Assembly (NCBI GenBank): GCA_947085325.1
Contig: CAMTVY010000006.1
Location: 68,889-132,888, forward strand
Direction of reading: 5' to 3'
Source of the DNA: an uncultured Gammaproteobacteria bacterium
GTDB lineage: Bacteria; Pseudomonadota; Gammaproteobacteria; SURF-13
DNA: 64,000 bases
This document shows positions 11,420 to 22,447 of this stretch, piece by piece. Below the pieces are notes generated by a model. The model was not told where the DNA came from and made no database searches. It saw only the letters and a program-made list of their open reading frames with translations. The position numbers and the translations under genes were made by a program. How positions within the stretch are numbered: the first letter of the stretch is position 1; each line of letters starts with the position of its first letter.

Positions 11420-12781
11420 TTACAGGCCAAGCAGACGCGTCAGATCATTATAAAAAGCCAGCACCGTGAGTCCGAGCAGCAGGGCGATACCCAATTGCTG
11501 CCCAATGTATTGAACCTTGGGGGATACCGGGCTGCCTTTCACTGCCTCCGCCAAATGATACATCAAATGGCCGCCATCCAGTATCGGTACCGGCAAAAGG
11601 TTGAGCACACCGAGACTGACGCTGACCAGGGCCAGGAAGCGCAGGAAGGGCGCGAACCCGTCGCTCGCCGAGTAACCGGCATACTGGGCGATGCCGATGG
11701 GCCCGCTGATATTCTCCAGCGAGGCCTGTCCCGCCACCATCTTGGCCAGCAGGCGCAAGGTCAGCAGGCTCATCTCCCCTGTATGCCGCACGGCCTTGAC
11801 CAGCCCTTCCAGCACGTCGTAGCGTTGCTCGGCGCGCAGCTCCGGCGGCAGGGCCTGGAGCGGCTCCGGGCCGGCCTCAATACGCCCGACGACCCCCTCC
11901 GGCGAGGGTTTCGCCGCAGGCGTTATCACCAACTCCAGGGTCTCACTCTTGCGCTCAATGACCAGCCGGATCGGCACATCGGCGCGCGCGCGCACGTACC
12001 CGGCCCAGGCATCCCAGTCTGTCAGCGGCTGGTCGTCGGCGCTCAGCAGGCGATCGCCCGCTTGCAGGCCGGCGCGTGCGGCAGCGCCCTCTGGCAGCAC
12101 GCGCCCGAGCACGGCCGGCACCTGCGGGCGCAACGGCCGTAAGCCAAGGCGCTCCAGCAGATTGCCGCTGTCAGGCTCACTGACCGTGCTGACATCAAGC
12201 TCTTGTATACGCCGCTGGCCGTCCTTGCCCTGCACCGTCAGAGCGATCCGCTCACGATCCAGCGCCTTGTCCAGCATGGCCAGCAGCGCTGTGTCCCAGG
12301 TGGGAGTGAGATTGCCCGCCACCTCGACCACCTCATCCCCCGACCGCAAGCCCGCCTGCTGCGCTATCGAGGACTCAATCACCGTACCGATGACGGGCCG
12401 CACCCCGCTGACGCCGATGATGAACATCAGCCAATAGGCGAGGATGGCGAAGGCAAAATTGAACAGCGGGCCGGCGAGCACAATGGCGCTGCGCGCGGCC
12501 AGCGATTGACGGTTGAAGGCACGCGGCAACTCTGCGTCGGCCACCTCGCCCTCACGCTCATCCAGCATGCGCACATAGCCGCCCAGGGGCAACATCGCGA
12601 TGGCATATTCCGTGCCGTCCTTGCCGCGCCGCGCCCACAACGGTTTGCCGAAGCCGATCGAGAAACGCAACACCTTGACCCCCAGGCGCCGCGCTACCCA
12701 GAAATGCCCGAACTCGTGCACCGTGATCAGGATGCCAAGGGTGACGATGAAGGCCAGTGTTGACCACAGGATCGTGCTCAT
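11420..12781 (-). CDS. rseP: RIP zinc metalloprotease RseP
   Basis: [11 protein letters not shown] (HExxH) sits in the first TM segment. PDZ-like middle region. 453 aa. Confidence 0.93.
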   Translation of the reverse strand: MSTILWSTLAFIVTLGILITVHEFGHFWVARRLGVKVLRFSIGFGKPLWARRGKDGTEYAIAMLPLGGYVRMLDEREGEVADAELPRAFNRQSLAARSAIVLAGPLFNFAFAILAYWLMFIIGVSGVRPVIGTVIESSIAQQAGLRSGDEVVEVAGNLTPTWDTALLAMLDKALDRERIALTVQGKDGQRRIQELDVSTVSEPDSGNLLERLGLRPLRPQVPAVLGRVLPEGAAARAGLQAGDRLLSADDQPLTDWDAWAGYVRARADVPIRLVIERKSETLELVITPAAKPSPEGVVGRIEAGPEPLQALPPELRAEQRYDVLEGLVKAVRHTGEMSLLTLRLLAKMVAGQASLENISGPIGIAQYAGYSASDGFAPFLRFLALVSVSLGVLNLLPVPILDGGHLMYHLAEAVKGSPVSPKVQYIGQQLGIALLLGLTVLAFYNDLTRLLGL

Positions 12782-13989
12782 GCGCCGCTCCGTGCCGCCA
12801 CCGGCACACTGCGGGAGGCGTAGCCCTGCACGTGTCGCAGCGCCTGCACCCGCGCCGCAGCGTCGTCTTCCAGTATCACCTCGAGCGATGCCGCTGCGCG
12901 TACCGGCCTGCCGGCAAGGGTGCGCTCAATCACGTCGGGGATGCCGGTAAAGGGCAACCGACCGTCGAGGAAGGCCGCTACCGCCACCTCGTTGGCGGCA
13001 TTCAGCGTCACGCTTGCCGTACCCCCACAGGCATGCGCCTGATACGCCAGCCGCAAACACGGGAACCGCGCGTGATCTATCGGGGCAAAATCAAGCCGTG
13101 CAGCCAGCAGATTCAAGGCCGGCGCGGACGAGGCGATGCGCTCCGGCCATCCCAGTGCATGGGCAATCGGCGTACGCATGTCGGGGCTGCCCAGCTCCGC
13201 CAGCAGCGATCCGTCCACATACTCGACCAGGGAGTGCACCATGCTCTGCGGATGCAACACCACGTCGACCTGATCCGGCGTGGTGTTGAACAGCCAGCAG
13301 GCCTCAATCACCTCCAGACCCTTGTTCATCATGGTGGCCGAGTCGACCGAAATCTTGCGCCCCATCACCCAGTTCGGGTGGGCGCAGGCTTGCGCTGGCG
13401 TGACATACGGCAGTTGCTCCAGCGGTGTGGTGCGAAACGGCCCGCCGGAGGCGGTCAACACAATACGACGCACGCCTGCCTGCCGCAGGTCGCCGTGAAA
13501 GTCATGGGGCAGACACTGAAACACGGCGTTGTGTTCGCTGTCGATCGGCAACAACTGCGCGCCGTGCGTGCGCACGGCGTCCATGAACAGCTTGCCTGCC
13601 ATCACCAGCGCCTCTTTGTTGGCCAGCAGCACGCGCTTGCCCGCGCGCACTGCGGCCAGCGTAGGCAACAACCCGGCCGCGCCGACAATCGCCGCCATCA
13701 CCGTGTCTACCTCCGGCAATGCAGCCACGGTCTCCAGACCCGCCTGCCCGCATAGCACCTCGATGCCCGGCGCCTCATCGCTCAGCCGCACACGCAGCTG
13801 TTGCGCCGCTGCGGCTTCGGCCATCACCGCATACCGGGGGCGGTGCGTCAGACACTGTTTGTAAAGTGCATCAACCGAGTTGCGGGCCGTGAGCGCCACT
13901 ACCTCGAACCGATCCGGGTGACGGGCGATCACATCGAGCGTGTTCACGCCAATAGACCCTGTGGCACCCAGTATTGTGACGCCGGTCAT
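12778..13989 (-). CDS. dxr: 1-deoxy-D-xylulose 5-phosphate reductoisomerase
   Basis: ORF 12778-14010. The likely start is ATG 13989 ([14 protein letters not shown]), which overlaps the cdsA stop as ATGA. Confidence 0.93.
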   Translation of the reverse strand: MTGVTILGATGSIGVNTLDVIARHPDRFEVVALTARNSVDALYKQCLTHRPRYAVMAEAAAAQQLRVRLSDEAPGIEVLCGQAGLETVAALPEVDTVMAAIVGAAGLLPTLAAVRAGKRVLLANKEALVMAGKLFMDAVRTHGAQLLPIDSEHNAVFQCLPHDFHGDLRQAGVRRIVLTASGGPFRTTPLEQLPYVTPAQACAHPNWVMGRKISVDSATMMNKGLEVIEACWLFNTTPDQVDVVLHPQSMVHSLVEYVDGSLLAELGSPDMRTPIAHALGWPERIASSAPALNLLAARLDFAPIDHARFPCLRLAYQAHACGGTASVTLNAANEVAVAAFLDGRLPFTGIPDVIERTLAGRPVRAAASLEVILEDDAAARVQALRHVQGYASRSVPVAARSGA

Positions 13990-14795
13990 TGCATGCCTCC
14001 CAGCATCCACAGGCCCAGCACGAACACAGGCGCCGCCGCCGTCAGGCTGTCGATGCGATCCAGCATCCCGCCGTGACCGGGCAGCAGGCGGCCGCTGTCC
14101 TTCACCCCGCGTATCCGCTTGTAGATGCTTTCAAAGAGATCGCCTACGATGGAAAATACCACTGTCGCCAGACAGAGCACAATAAACCACGTCAGCCGGG
14201 GCTGGGCCAGCCCAGTGACGATTCCGGCAACGGGTGCCATCAGCAGTGTCGCCGCCAGCGCCCCCCCGACCCCGGCCCAGGTCTTGCCCGGGCTGATGCT
14301 GGGCGCGAGCCGCGCCTTGCCCCAGCGTCGGCCGGCGAAATAGGCCGCGCCATCGGCTGACCATATCAAGGCCATCAGAAACAGCACCCAGTATGGTCCT
14401 TGCTCAGGCAATGCATGCAGGTGCGCCACGGCAAACCAGGCCGGCGCCAGCACCCAGAGCCCTGCCACGGCGGCGACGTTGCGGCGCGACAGCAGCGTTA
14501 TACCTACAGGGTGACGCAGCTCTGTTACAGCCGCCAGAAGCCAACCCGCGACTGCCAGAGTCAGCACCACGGCAGGCGCCACGGTGCTGATCCCCCACAA
14601 CGCCAACAGCAGCAAGGTTACATAGAGGGCACGCCAGAAGACGCGGGCGATACCGGCCAGGGCCGACCACTCCCAGGCGGCCTGCGCCACAATCAGCGCC
14701 ACCAGCACGGAAAAATACAACGTGGGCAGTGCCAGCACTCCCCAGATGACCAGCGGGATCAGCACCGCCGCAGTCAACAGACGTGTTTTAAGCAC
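13986..14795 (-). CDS. cdsA: phosphatidate cytidylyltransferase
   Basis: Polytopic membrane protein with the signature [28 protein letters not shown]. Confidence 0.92.
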   Translation of the reverse strand: MLKTRLLTAAVLIPLVIWGVLALPTLYFSVLVALIVAQAAWEWSALAGIARVFWRALYVTLLLLALWGISTVAPAVVLTLAVAGWLLAAVTELRHPVGITLLSRRNVAAVAGLWVLAPAWFAVAHLHALPEQGPYWVLFLMALIWSADGAAYFAGRRWGKARLAPSISPGKTWAGVGGALAATLLMAPVAGIVTGLAQPRLTWFIVLCLATVVFSIVGDLFESIYKRIRGVKDSGRLLPGHGGMLDRIDSLTAAAPVFVLGLWMLGGMQ

Positions 14796-15594
14796 CTCTG
14801 GCCTGCTGTTCCTGCGTCAGCGGCGTGGCAGCCGCCTCCGCTTCAACCTCGCTCACTCGTCCGAAACGCCGTTGGCGCTGCGCATAGGCGGTCAGCGCCT
14901 TTTCGAATTCCACTGCGTTGAAGTCTGGCCACAGCACATCGGTGAAGTACAACTCCGTGTAAGCCAACTGCCAGAGCAGGAAATTACTGATGCGTTGTTC
15001 GTCACCCGTGCGAATGAACAGGTCGGGCTCCGGCATGCCGGCCAGCGACAGTTGCGAGGCCAGCTGTGCATCGTCAATGGCATCGGCGCGCAGCTCACCG
15101 CGCTCGACCTTGCGCGCCAATGCGCGTGCAGCCTGGGTGATATCCCAGCGCCCGCCATAATTGGCGGCGATATTGAGAGCAAGGCCGGCGTTGTCGCGCG
15201 TCAACTGTTCGGCAGCGGCAATCTGCTGTTGCAGTTTTTCCGAAAATGCCGAGCGTTCGCCAATCACCCGCAGACGTATATTGTTGCGGTGCAGTTCTTG
15301 TACCCGGTTTTGCAGTGCCCGCAGGAACAAATCGAGCAATTGCGTGACTTCACTCTTGGGGCGTGACCAGTTTTCGCTGCTGAAGGCAAACAGGGTAAGC
15401 ATGCCTATACCCCGTTGCGCGCAGGCCCGGGTCACGGCATCGACTGCATCCGTACCTGCCTTGTGACCGGCACTGCGCGGCAACATGCGCGAGCATGCCC
15501 AGCGACCGTTGCCATCCATGATAATGGCGACGTGTCCGGGCAATGCGTCGGCAGCGCATCCTGGCAGAGCAGGGTTGAGAGATTCTGATTTCAT
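14788..15594 (-). CDS. uppS: di-trans,poly-cis-undecaprenyl-diphosphate synthase
   Basis: HVAIIMDGNGRWA motif, 268 aa. Confidence 0.93.
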   Translation of the reverse strand: MKSESLNPALPGCAADALPGHVAIIMDGNGRWACSRMLPRSAGHKAGTDAVDAVTRACAQRGIGMLTLFAFSSENWSRPKSEVTQLLDLFLRALQNRVQELHRNNIRLRVIGERSAFSEKLQQQIAAAEQLTRDNAGLALNIAANYGGRWDITQAARALARKVERGELRADAIDDAQLASQLSLAGMPEPDLFIRTGDEQRISNFLLWQLAYTELYFTDVLWPDFNAVEFEKALTAYAQRQRRFGRVSEVEAEAAATPLTQEQQARGA

Positions 15595-15599
15595 TTAAC

Positions 15600-15688
15600 T
15601 AGTGACCAGTGGCGAGTTGCACGTAACGAGCACGAGATGCCTAACCTTTTCTCATCACTCGCAACTTGTCACTTGCCACTCGCTACTG
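15600..15688. repeat. long imperfect hairpin built of AGTnnCn heptads filling the frr-uppS gap
   Basis: Consecutive heptads AGTGACC, AGTGGCG and AGTTGCA run from 15601. Pairing 15600-15630 with 15658-15688 by hand gives 21 Watson-Crick and 4 GU pairs out of 31 positions. Confidence 0.65.
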
Positions 15689-15690
15689 AT

Positions 15691-16248
15691 TTAAACCTCC
15701 ATCAATTCCTTTTCTTTTGCCGCCAGCAGCTTGTCGATTTCAGCAATATATTTGTCGGTAAGCTTTTGCGTGTCTTCTTCCGCGTGCCGCTCTTCATCCT
15801 GCGAAATCTTTTTTTCCTTAAGCAGCTGCTTGGCCTCAGTGTTGGCATCGCGGCGTACGTTACGCACCGCCACACGTGCCGCCTCGGCCTCGGCCCGCAC
15901 CACTTTCTGCATGTCACGCCTGCGCTCTTCAGTCAGGGCCGGCAGCGGCACCCGGATCACGACTCCCGCAGCAGCGGGATTCAAGCCCAGATCAGAAGTG
16001 AGTATGGCCTTTTCGATAGCGGCCGCCATAGGCTTTTCCCACGGCGTCACCACCAGCATGCGCGCATCGGCCACGTTGATGCTCGCCACCTGACTCAGCG
16101 GCACTTCATTGCCATAATAAGGCACGCGCACATGATCCAGCAGGCTGGGGTGCGCACGTCCACTGCGTACCTTTGAAAACTCCTGCTTCAGCGCCTCGAT
16201 GCTCTTCTGCATGCGCGCCGCGGACTGATTGATGATGTCATTCATCAT
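15691..16248 (-). CDS. frr: ribosome recycling factor
   Basis: 185 aa with RRF-like sequence. Conserved pyrH-frr order. Confidence 0.94.
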   Translation of the reverse strand: MMNDIINQSAARMQKSIEALKQEFSKVRSGRAHPSLLDHVRVPYYGNEVPLSQVASINVADARMLVVTPWEKPMAAAIEKAILTSDLGLNPAAAGVVIRVPLPALTEERRRDMQKVVRAEAEAARVAVRNVRRDANTEAKQLLKEKKISQDEERHAEEDTQKLTDKYIAEIDKLLAAKEKELMEV

Positions 16249-16978
16249 GGGTCACCCCCACCAGTGTCCCCTCGTCCTCGCCCAGCACGATACGCATCAG
16301 CGCACCGGGCTTATTCATGTTGAACACACACAACGGCATGGCGTAGTCGCGGCACAAGACAATCGCAGTGACATCCATCACCATCAGTTTGCGTTCAATC
16401 ACCTCGTCATAGCTGAGGCGCTTGTAGTACTGCGCGTCAGTATGCTTGAGCGGATCTGCAGAATATACACCGTCAACCTTGGTGGCCTTGAGCACAAGAT
16501 TGACGCCGAGTTCAACGCCACGGAGGCTGGCGGCGGAATCGGTGGTGAAAAACGGATTTCCGGTGCCGGCGGCGAGTATGACCACACGGCCTTTTTCCAG
16601 ATGACGTATCGCGCGGCGGCGGATGTAGTCTTCGCAAATCTGGTGCATCTTGAGCGCCGACATCACGCGCACCTGCATGCCGCGCTGTTCCAGCGCGTCC
16701 TGCATCGCCAGGGCATTGATGACGGTGGCGAGCATGCCCATCTGGTCTGCCGTGACCCGATCCATGCCGCTTGCAGCCAGGCCTGCGCCGCGAAAGATAT
16801 TGCCGCCGCCAATGACCAGCGCCACCTGCACGCCAAGCTCGACCACTGCACGCACCTCATCGGCCACGCGTATCAGCACTGCGGGATCGATGCCATAGTC
16901 GGCACCCCCCATCAGCGCCTCACCGCTCAGCTTCAGCAGAATGCGCTGATAGGCGGGCTTTGGGGTGGCAGAGGGCAT
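16238..16978 (-). CDS. pyrH: UMP kinase
   Basis: [12 protein letters not shown] amino-acid-kinase motif, 246 aa. Confidence 0.94.
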   Translation of the reverse strand: MPSATPKPAYQRILLKLSGEALMGGADYGIDPAVLIRVADEVRAVVELGVQVALVIGGGNIFRGAGLAASGMDRVTADQMGMLATVINALAMQDALEQRGMQVRVMSALKMHQICEDYIRRRAIRHLEKGRVVILAAGTGNPFFTTDSAASLRGVELGVNLVLKATKVDGVYSADPLKHTDAQYYKRLSYDEVIERKLMVMDVTAIVLCRDYAMPLCVFNMNKPGALMRIVLGEDEGTLVGVTHDE

Positions 16979-16983
16979 GTGTG

Positions 16984-17871
16984 CTAGCCTCCCCGCACCT
17001 GCGCCATCACCTCGGCGACAAAGTCGTCGGCTTTCTTTTCAATCCCTTCGCCCACCTCAAAGCGCTGAAAGCGGAGCGCCCTGGCCCTGGCCTGCTGCAA
17101 CAGCGCCTCCACCGTGAGATCAGGATTTTTCACGAATGGCTGCCCGAGCAGGGTGATCTCGCCAATAAACTTCTTGATACGGCCATCCACCATTTTCTCA
17201 ACGATGGCGGCAGGCTTGCCACTGTCTGCGGCCTGCGCGGCAAAGATTTCCCTCTCTTTGGCAATCAAATCGGGCGCCACTTCGGCGGACGACACACAGA
17301 CGGGTTTGGCGGCTGCAATATGCATGGCGATGTCCTTGGCCAGCTCCTCATCCCCACCTTCAATTTCCACCAGCACGCCGATGCGGTTGCCGTGCAGATA
17401 GGCGCCGATCTGGCCCGTCGTCGTGAGGCATACACTGCGACGCACACTGATATTCTCGCCGATCTTGGCAACCAGCCCCTGGCGTACGGTATTGATGTCG
17501 ACACTGTCACCGTCTCTCAGCGGCAATGCCAGTAGCGCATCCAGATCCGCCGGACGGCTCGTCAACACACGCTGCGCCACTGCCTGCGCAAAGTCCCTGA
17601 GTTCATCCCCACGCGCGACGAAATCCGTCTCGCAGTTTACCTCCACCATTGCGGCATGCTTTCTGGTGGCATCGGCCTCAATCACGATAATGCCCTCGGC
17701 GGCAACCTTGCCCGCCCGCTTGTCGGCCTTGGCAAGACCACTCTTGCGCATCGCCTCTGCGGCCGCATCAATATCGCCCATGGCCTCGACCAGCGCCCTC
17801 TTGCACTCCATCATGCCCGAGCTGGTGCGCTCACGCAGCTCCTTGACGAGTGCGGCTGTAATTTCCATCAT
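16984..17871 (-). CDS. tsf: translation elongation factor Ts
   Basis: ORF 16984-17886. ATG 17871 is preceded by GAGAGGA. Reads [27 protein letters not shown]. Confidence 0.94.
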   Translation of the reverse strand: MMEITAALVKELRERTSSGMMECKRALVEAMGDIDAAAEAMRKSGLAKADKRAGKVAAEGIIVIEADATRKHAAMVEVNCETDFVARGDELRDFAQAVAQRVLTSRPADLDALLALPLRDGDSVDINTVRQGLVAKIGENISVRRSVCLTTTGQIGAYLHGNRIGVLVEIEGGDEELAKDIAMHIAAAKPVCVSSAEVAPDLIAKEREIFAAQAADSGKPAAIVEKMVDGRIKKFIGEITLLGQPFVKNPDLTVEALLQQARARALRFQRFEVGEGIEKKADDFVAEVMAQVRGG

Positions 17872-17911
17872 GCTGTCCTCTCGCAATCTACCGTTATGAC
17901 GTCGGGACGCC

Positions 17912-18826
17912 TTACTTGGCCTTGGCTGAAGCGGCGGCTTTTGGCTTGGCAGCGGTTTTTTTGCTCACCGCCACCGTCTTGGCTGCATCTTCACCCTCTT
18001 TGGCGGACGCTGCGGCCGCCTTCCTGACCGGCTTCTTCGTCGCCGTGCGGATGGGCTTCCTTGCTGCTTCCGCCGTCTTCGCGGCAGGCGCACCGGTGTC
18101 GCTCATCTCCACGAACTCATCCGTGGACGCAGTGAATGCCTGCACTGAACTGCGCCCTTCCAGAATGGCGTCAGCTGCGCCACGCGCATACAGCTGGATG
18201 GCGCGAATGGCGTCGTCATTACCGGGCACCATGTAATCGACACCGTCCGGATCATTATTACTGTCCACGACACCGATCACCGGAATACCCAGCTTCCCGG
18301 CCTCACGCACGGCGATTTTTTCGTTGCCTACGTCGATCACAAACAAGGCGTCAGGGATATGATCCATATCCTTGATGCCGCCCAGGGCGCGCTCCAGTTT
18401 GTCGCGCTCGCGCGTGAGCAGCAGGCCTTCTTTCTTGTTGATGCGATCAAAGCTGCCGTCCTGGGCCATCAGCTCCAGATCCTTGAGGCGCTTGATGGAC
18501 TGACGCACGGTCTTGAAGTTGGTGAGCATACCCCCGAGCCAGCGCTGGTCCACATACGGCATACCGCAGCGCTTGGCCTCCTCGGCGATGATTTCCTGTG
18601 CCGCACGCTTGGTCGCCACGAACAGGATAGTGCCGCGGTTTGCCGCCATGCGACCGATATAGTTCATCGCGTCGTTGTATAACGGCAGGGTGGATTCAAG
18701 GTTGATGATGTGTATCTTGTTGCGCTGGCCGAAGATGTACGGTGCCATCTTGGGATTCCAGTAGCGGGTCTGATGACCGAAATGTACGCCGGCCTCCAGC
18801 ATTTGACGCATGGTCACATTAGCCAT
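17912..18826 (-). CDS. rpsB: 30S ribosomal protein S2 with Ala/Lys/Pro-rich C-terminal extension
   Basis: [27 protein letters not shown] is the canonical S2 start. 304 aa, of which the last ~62 aa are low-complexity A/K/P. Confidence 0.95.
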   Translation of the reverse strand: MANVTMRQMLEAGVHFGHQTRYWNPKMAPYIFGQRNKIHIINLESTLPLYNDAMNYIGRMAANRGTILFVATKRAAQEIIAEEAKRCGMPYVDQRWLGGMLTNFKTVRQSIKRLKDLELMAQDGSFDRINKKEGLLLTRERDKLERALGGIKDMDHIPDALFVIDVGNEKIAVREAGKLGIPVIGVVDSNNDPDGVDYMVPGNDDAIRAIQLYARGAADAILEGRSSVQAFTASTDEFVEMSDTGAPAAKTAEAARKPIRTATKKPVRKAAAASAKEGEDAAKTVAVSKKTAAKPKAAASAKAK

Positions 18827-18976
18827 GTTGTATACTCCTCATTGTTGGGTTAGTCCTCCATGCACCCCGGCAGCGAACCCCTGGCTATCACCAGTTGGCA
18901 CCCCGCTGTTCGGGTAATGGCGCATGTGTGTAGTGTGCTGCTGCTGTTAAAGCGCGGTTATTGTACCAGAAAGCCT

Positions 18977-19744
18977 ATGACCGTCACCATCAAAACAAGC
19001 GATGAAATTGAAAAGATGCGTATCGCAGGCCGGCTTGCCGCCGACGTGCTGCATATGATCCGCCCGCACGTCCAGCCCGGCATCACCACCGGTGAGCTCG
19101 ACCGCCTGTGCCACGACTATATTGTCAACGTGCAGCAGGCCACCCCGGCGCCGCTCAACTACCACGGCTTCCCCAAGTCCATCTGCACCTCAGTAAACCA
19201 TCAGGTCTGCCACGGCATACCGGGTGAACGCGTACTGAAGGACGGTGATATCGTCAACATCGATATCACCGTCATCAAGGATGACTACCACGGCGACACC
19301 AGCAAGATGTTCTTTGTCGGTGAGCCCTCCGTGATCGCCCGGCGCGTGACACGCGTGAGCTACGAAGGCATGTGTATCGGCATCGAGATGGTGAGGCCCG
19401 GCGTGCGCCTGGGCGACATCGGCCATGCCATCCAGCGTCATGCCGAGACCAACCACTGCTCTGTGGTGCGCGAGTATTGCGGCCACGGCATCGGGCGGGT
19501 GTTCCATGAAGAGCCGCAGGTATTGCACTACGGGCTGTCCGGCACCGGCATGGCACTGGAGCCGGGGATGACCTTTACCATCGAGCCCATGATCAATGTT
19601 GGCAAGCGTCATGTAAAACTGCTGCCAGACCAGTGGACTGTGGTCACCAAGGATCACAGCCTCTCGGCCCAGTGGGAACACACCATTCTCGTCACTGACA
19701 CGGGTCACGAAGTGCTTACCCGCCGGCCCGGCGACACCCTCTGA
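18977..19744 (+). CDS. map: type I methionine aminopeptidase
   Basis: ORF 18860-19744. The likely start is ATG 18977 (MTVTIKTSDEIEKMRIAGRLAA). Divergent from rpsB, as in many proteobacteria. Confidence 0.92.
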   Translation: MTVTIKTSDEIEKMRIAGRLAADVLHMIRPHVQPGITTGELDRLCHDYIVNVQQATPAPLNYHGFPKSICTSVNHQVCHGIPGERVLKDGDIVNIDITVIKDDYHGDTSKMFFVGEPSVIARRVTRVSYEGMCIGIEMVRPGVRLGDIGHAIQRHAETNHCSVVREYCGHGIGRVFHEEPQVLHYGLSGTGMALEPGMTFTIEPMINVGKRHVKLLPDQWTVVTKDHSLSAQWEHTILVTDTGHEVLTRRPGDTL

Positions 19745-19751
19745 GCGCCCC

Positions 19752-22418
19752 ATGAACCCGCTCACGGCAGCCCCCAGCGCGCCCTTTGACAGTGCCGCGC
19801 TGGAACAGGCGCTGGCGGGTACCGAACCTGCGCCGGTCGCACTACGTGCGCTGCTGGCCCGACACGACGCCAGTTTGCGCGCAGGCTTCGAGACCGGCCT
19901 GCCCGTCACCCAGCTGGTGCGGGCACGTGCGGCCTTTATCGATCGGGTACTGCTGCAGGTATGGCAGGCGCAGGCATCCCCGCTCCCTGCCTCGGCGGGC
20001 CTGATTGCCGTCGGTGGCTATGGGCGCGGAGAGCTGCACCCGGGCTCAGACATCGACCTCCTGATCCTGCTGGATAACGCACCGACGGAGCCTGTCCGCA
20101 GCGCTATCGAGCAATTCACCCAGTTGCTGTGGGATACCGGCCTCACCCTGGCGCACAGTGTCCGCACCGTCGAACAGTGCGCGCATGAGTCAGCGCAGGA
20201 CGTGACCATCATGACCAGCCTGATGGAGGCGCGCCTGCTCGCAGGCCCGTCCGCACTATTCGATGCCCTGCGCAGCGCTATCGACTCACACGCCCTCTGG
20301 CCAACGCGCGATTTTTTCCAGGCCAAGTACGACGAGCAGAAGCGGCGGCACCACAAATATCACGATACGGCTTACAATCTCGAGCCCAACATCAAGGAAG
20401 GCCCCGGCGGACTGCGCGATATCCAGACCATCAGCTGGATTACCTTGCGCCACTTCGGCAGCAGCAGCCTGCATGACCTCGTTACCCACGGCTTTCTCAC
20501 CGAAAGCGAGCACGCCCTGCTGCGTGAGGGTCAGGAGTTTTTATGGCGCATCCGGTTTGCGCTCCACCTCCTCACCGGGCGCTGCGAAGACCGCCTGCTG
20601 TTCGATTACCAGCGCACGCTGGCGACACAATTCGGCTACCGCGATGAAGGCCCGCGCCTTGCTGTCGAGCAATACATGATGCGCTACTACCGCACCGTCA
20701 TGGAGCTGGGTCGGCTGAATGAAATGCTGTTACAGCATTTTCAGGAGAGCCTTCTGTATACCGCCACCCACAGCGCCGAGATCAGCCCGATCAATAAGCG
20801 CTTCCACCTCCGCAATGACGTCATTGAAGTCACGCGGCCCGACGTGTTCCGTCGCTACCCGTTCGCCCTGCTGGAAATTTTCCTGCTGCTGGCACAGCAG
20901 CCCGAGATAAAAGGTGTGCGCGCCTCCACCATCCGCCTGATACGCGATCACCGCTACCTGATAGACGAAGCCTTCCGGGCCGACCTGCGCTGTCGCATGC
21001 TGTTCATGGAGTTGCTGCGTCAGCCCCAGGGCATCATGCATGAACTGCGGCGCATGCATCGCTATGGCGTTCTCGGCGCCTACATCCCCAGCTTTGGCGC
21101 TGTTGAAGGCCAGATGCAATATGACCTGTTTCACGTCTACACGGTGGACGAGCACACCCTGTTCCTGCTGCGCAATCTGCGCCGCTTCTCGCTGCCGGAA
21201 TTTGCGCATGAATTTCCGTTGTGCAGCGAGATATTCCAGCGCCTGCCGAAACCCGAAATTCTCTATCTGGCCGGCCTGTTTCATGACATCGCCAAAGGCC
21301 GTGGTGGCGACCACTCCACACTGGGCGCTGAAGACGCGCTTATCTTCTGCCTGCATCATGGCATGAGCGCCCATGACGCACGCATTGTGGCCTGGCTGGT
21401 CAGGCAGCATCTGGTGCTTTCACGTACTGCACAACGCGAAGACATTCAAGACCCCGAGGTCATTGCCCGCTTCGCCTCTGCCGTCTGTGACAACACCCAT
21501 CTCGACTACCTGTATCTGCTGACGGTGGCCGACATTCGCGCCACCAACGCCACCCTGTGGAACAGCTGGAAGGGGGCGCTGCTGAGCGAACTCTACCTTG
21601 CGACGGCAGCCATGCTGCGGCGCGGGCTGGGTGTCCCCATCGACCGGGCTGAACGCATCCGCACCACCCAGACCGAAGCACGTGAGCTGCTGCATGCAGA
21701 CTCAGTAGATGACAGCGCCATCACCCTTTTCTGGGATGCGCTTGATGATGATTATTTCCTGCGGCACGAGGCGGATGAAATCGCCTGGCATACTGAAGCC
21801 GTCGTTGGCGCCGCCGCCAGCGATCAGCCACTGGTGCGTATTCACCACAGCGCACAACGCGGCACCGAGCTGTTCATTTACGCCCGCGACCAGAAAAACC
21901 TGTTTGCCCTTACTACCGCCGCGCTCGACCAGATGGCGTTGTCTGTCGTCGGCGCCCGCATCGTTACCGCGCACACCGGCTATACGCTGGACACTTTTCA
22001 TATTCTGGAGGAGTCAGGCGAGTCTGCCCTTCAACCGCAGCGCATGCAGGAAATCGTCACTTTTCTGGAACACACGCTGGCGCAGGGGGAGATCGGCCCG
22101 GTGACACGCCGGGTACGCCGGCATGTCAGGCACTTCAGGGTGCCGACACAAATTACCTTCACCGATGACATCCGCAACCGGCGCACCGTGCTCGAGGTCA
22201 TCAGCGCCGACCGCCCGGGCTTGCTCTCCGCTATCGGTCGTGTGCTCATGGCAGCCGGTGTGCAGCTGCAAAATGCCAAGATCGCCACCCTGGGTGCACG
22301 GGCCGAAGATATCTTCTTCATTACTGACGCACACAACCAGCCCCTGTCTCCGGAACAGCAGTGGCAACTTCAGCAGGCACTGCTCCACAGCATCGACCAG
22401 CCCCTAAACCATGTCTGA
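19752..22418 (+). CDS. glnD: bifunctional PII uridylyltransferase / uridylyl-removing enzyme
   Basis: GGYGRGELHPGSDIDLLIL nucleotidyltransferase motif, HD domain (FHDIAKGRGGDHS) and C-terminal ACT-like repeats. 888 aa. Confidence 0.93.
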   Translation: MNPLTAAPSAPFDSAALEQALAGTEPAPVALRALLARHDASLRAGFETGLPVTQLVRARAAFIDRVLLQVWQAQASPLPASAGLIAVGGYGRGELHPGSDIDLLILLDNAPTEPVRSAIEQFTQLLWDTGLTLAHSVRTVEQCAHESAQDVTIMTSLMEARLLAGPSALFDALRSAIDSHALWPTRDFFQAKYDEQKRRHHKYHDTAYNLEPNIKEGPGGLRDIQTISWITLRHFGSSSLHDLVTHGFLTESEHALLREGQEFLWRIRFALHLLTGRCEDRLLFDYQRTLATQFGYRDEGPRLAVEQYMMRYYRTVMELGRLNEMLLQHFQESLLYTATHSAEISPINKRFHLRNDVIEVTRPDVFRRYPFALLEIFLLLAQQPEIKGVRASTIRLIRDHRYLIDEAFRADLRCRMLFMELLRQPQGIMHELRRMHRYGVLGAYIPSFGAVEGQMQYDLFHVYTVDEHTLFLLRNLRRFSLPEFAHEFPLCSEIFQRLPKPEILYLAGLFHDIAKGRGGDHSTLGAEDALIFCLHHGMSAHDARIVAWLVRQHLVLSRTAQREDIQDPEVIARFASAVCDNTHLDYLYLLTVADIRATNATLWNSWKGALLSELYLATAAMLRRGLGVPIDRAERIRTTQTEARELLHADSVDDSAITLFWDALDDDYFLRHEADEIAWHTEAVVGAAASDQPLVRIHHSAQRGTELFIYARDQKNLFALTTAALDQMALSVVGARIVTAHTGYTLDTFHILEESGESALQPQRMQEIVTFLEHTLAQGEIGPVTRRVRRHVRHFRVPTQITFTDDIRNRRTVLEVISADRPGLLSAIGRVLMAAGVQLQNAKIATLGARAEDIFFITDAHNQPLSPEQQWQLQQALLHSIDQPLNHV

Positions 22419-22447
22419 CCCGGATTGAAAGCGGCGCTGCGCGCCCG

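Noticed and set aside
13990-14010. N-terminally extended ORF-track starts (for example dxr, dnaE, lpxA, bamA, map, ybaB, dnaX, fbp, uup, purA, amiB, crcB).
   Set aside because: The extensions lack homology-like sequence, often overlap the upstream gene, and internal starts give canonical N-termini. Trimmed coordinates are used in the feature list.
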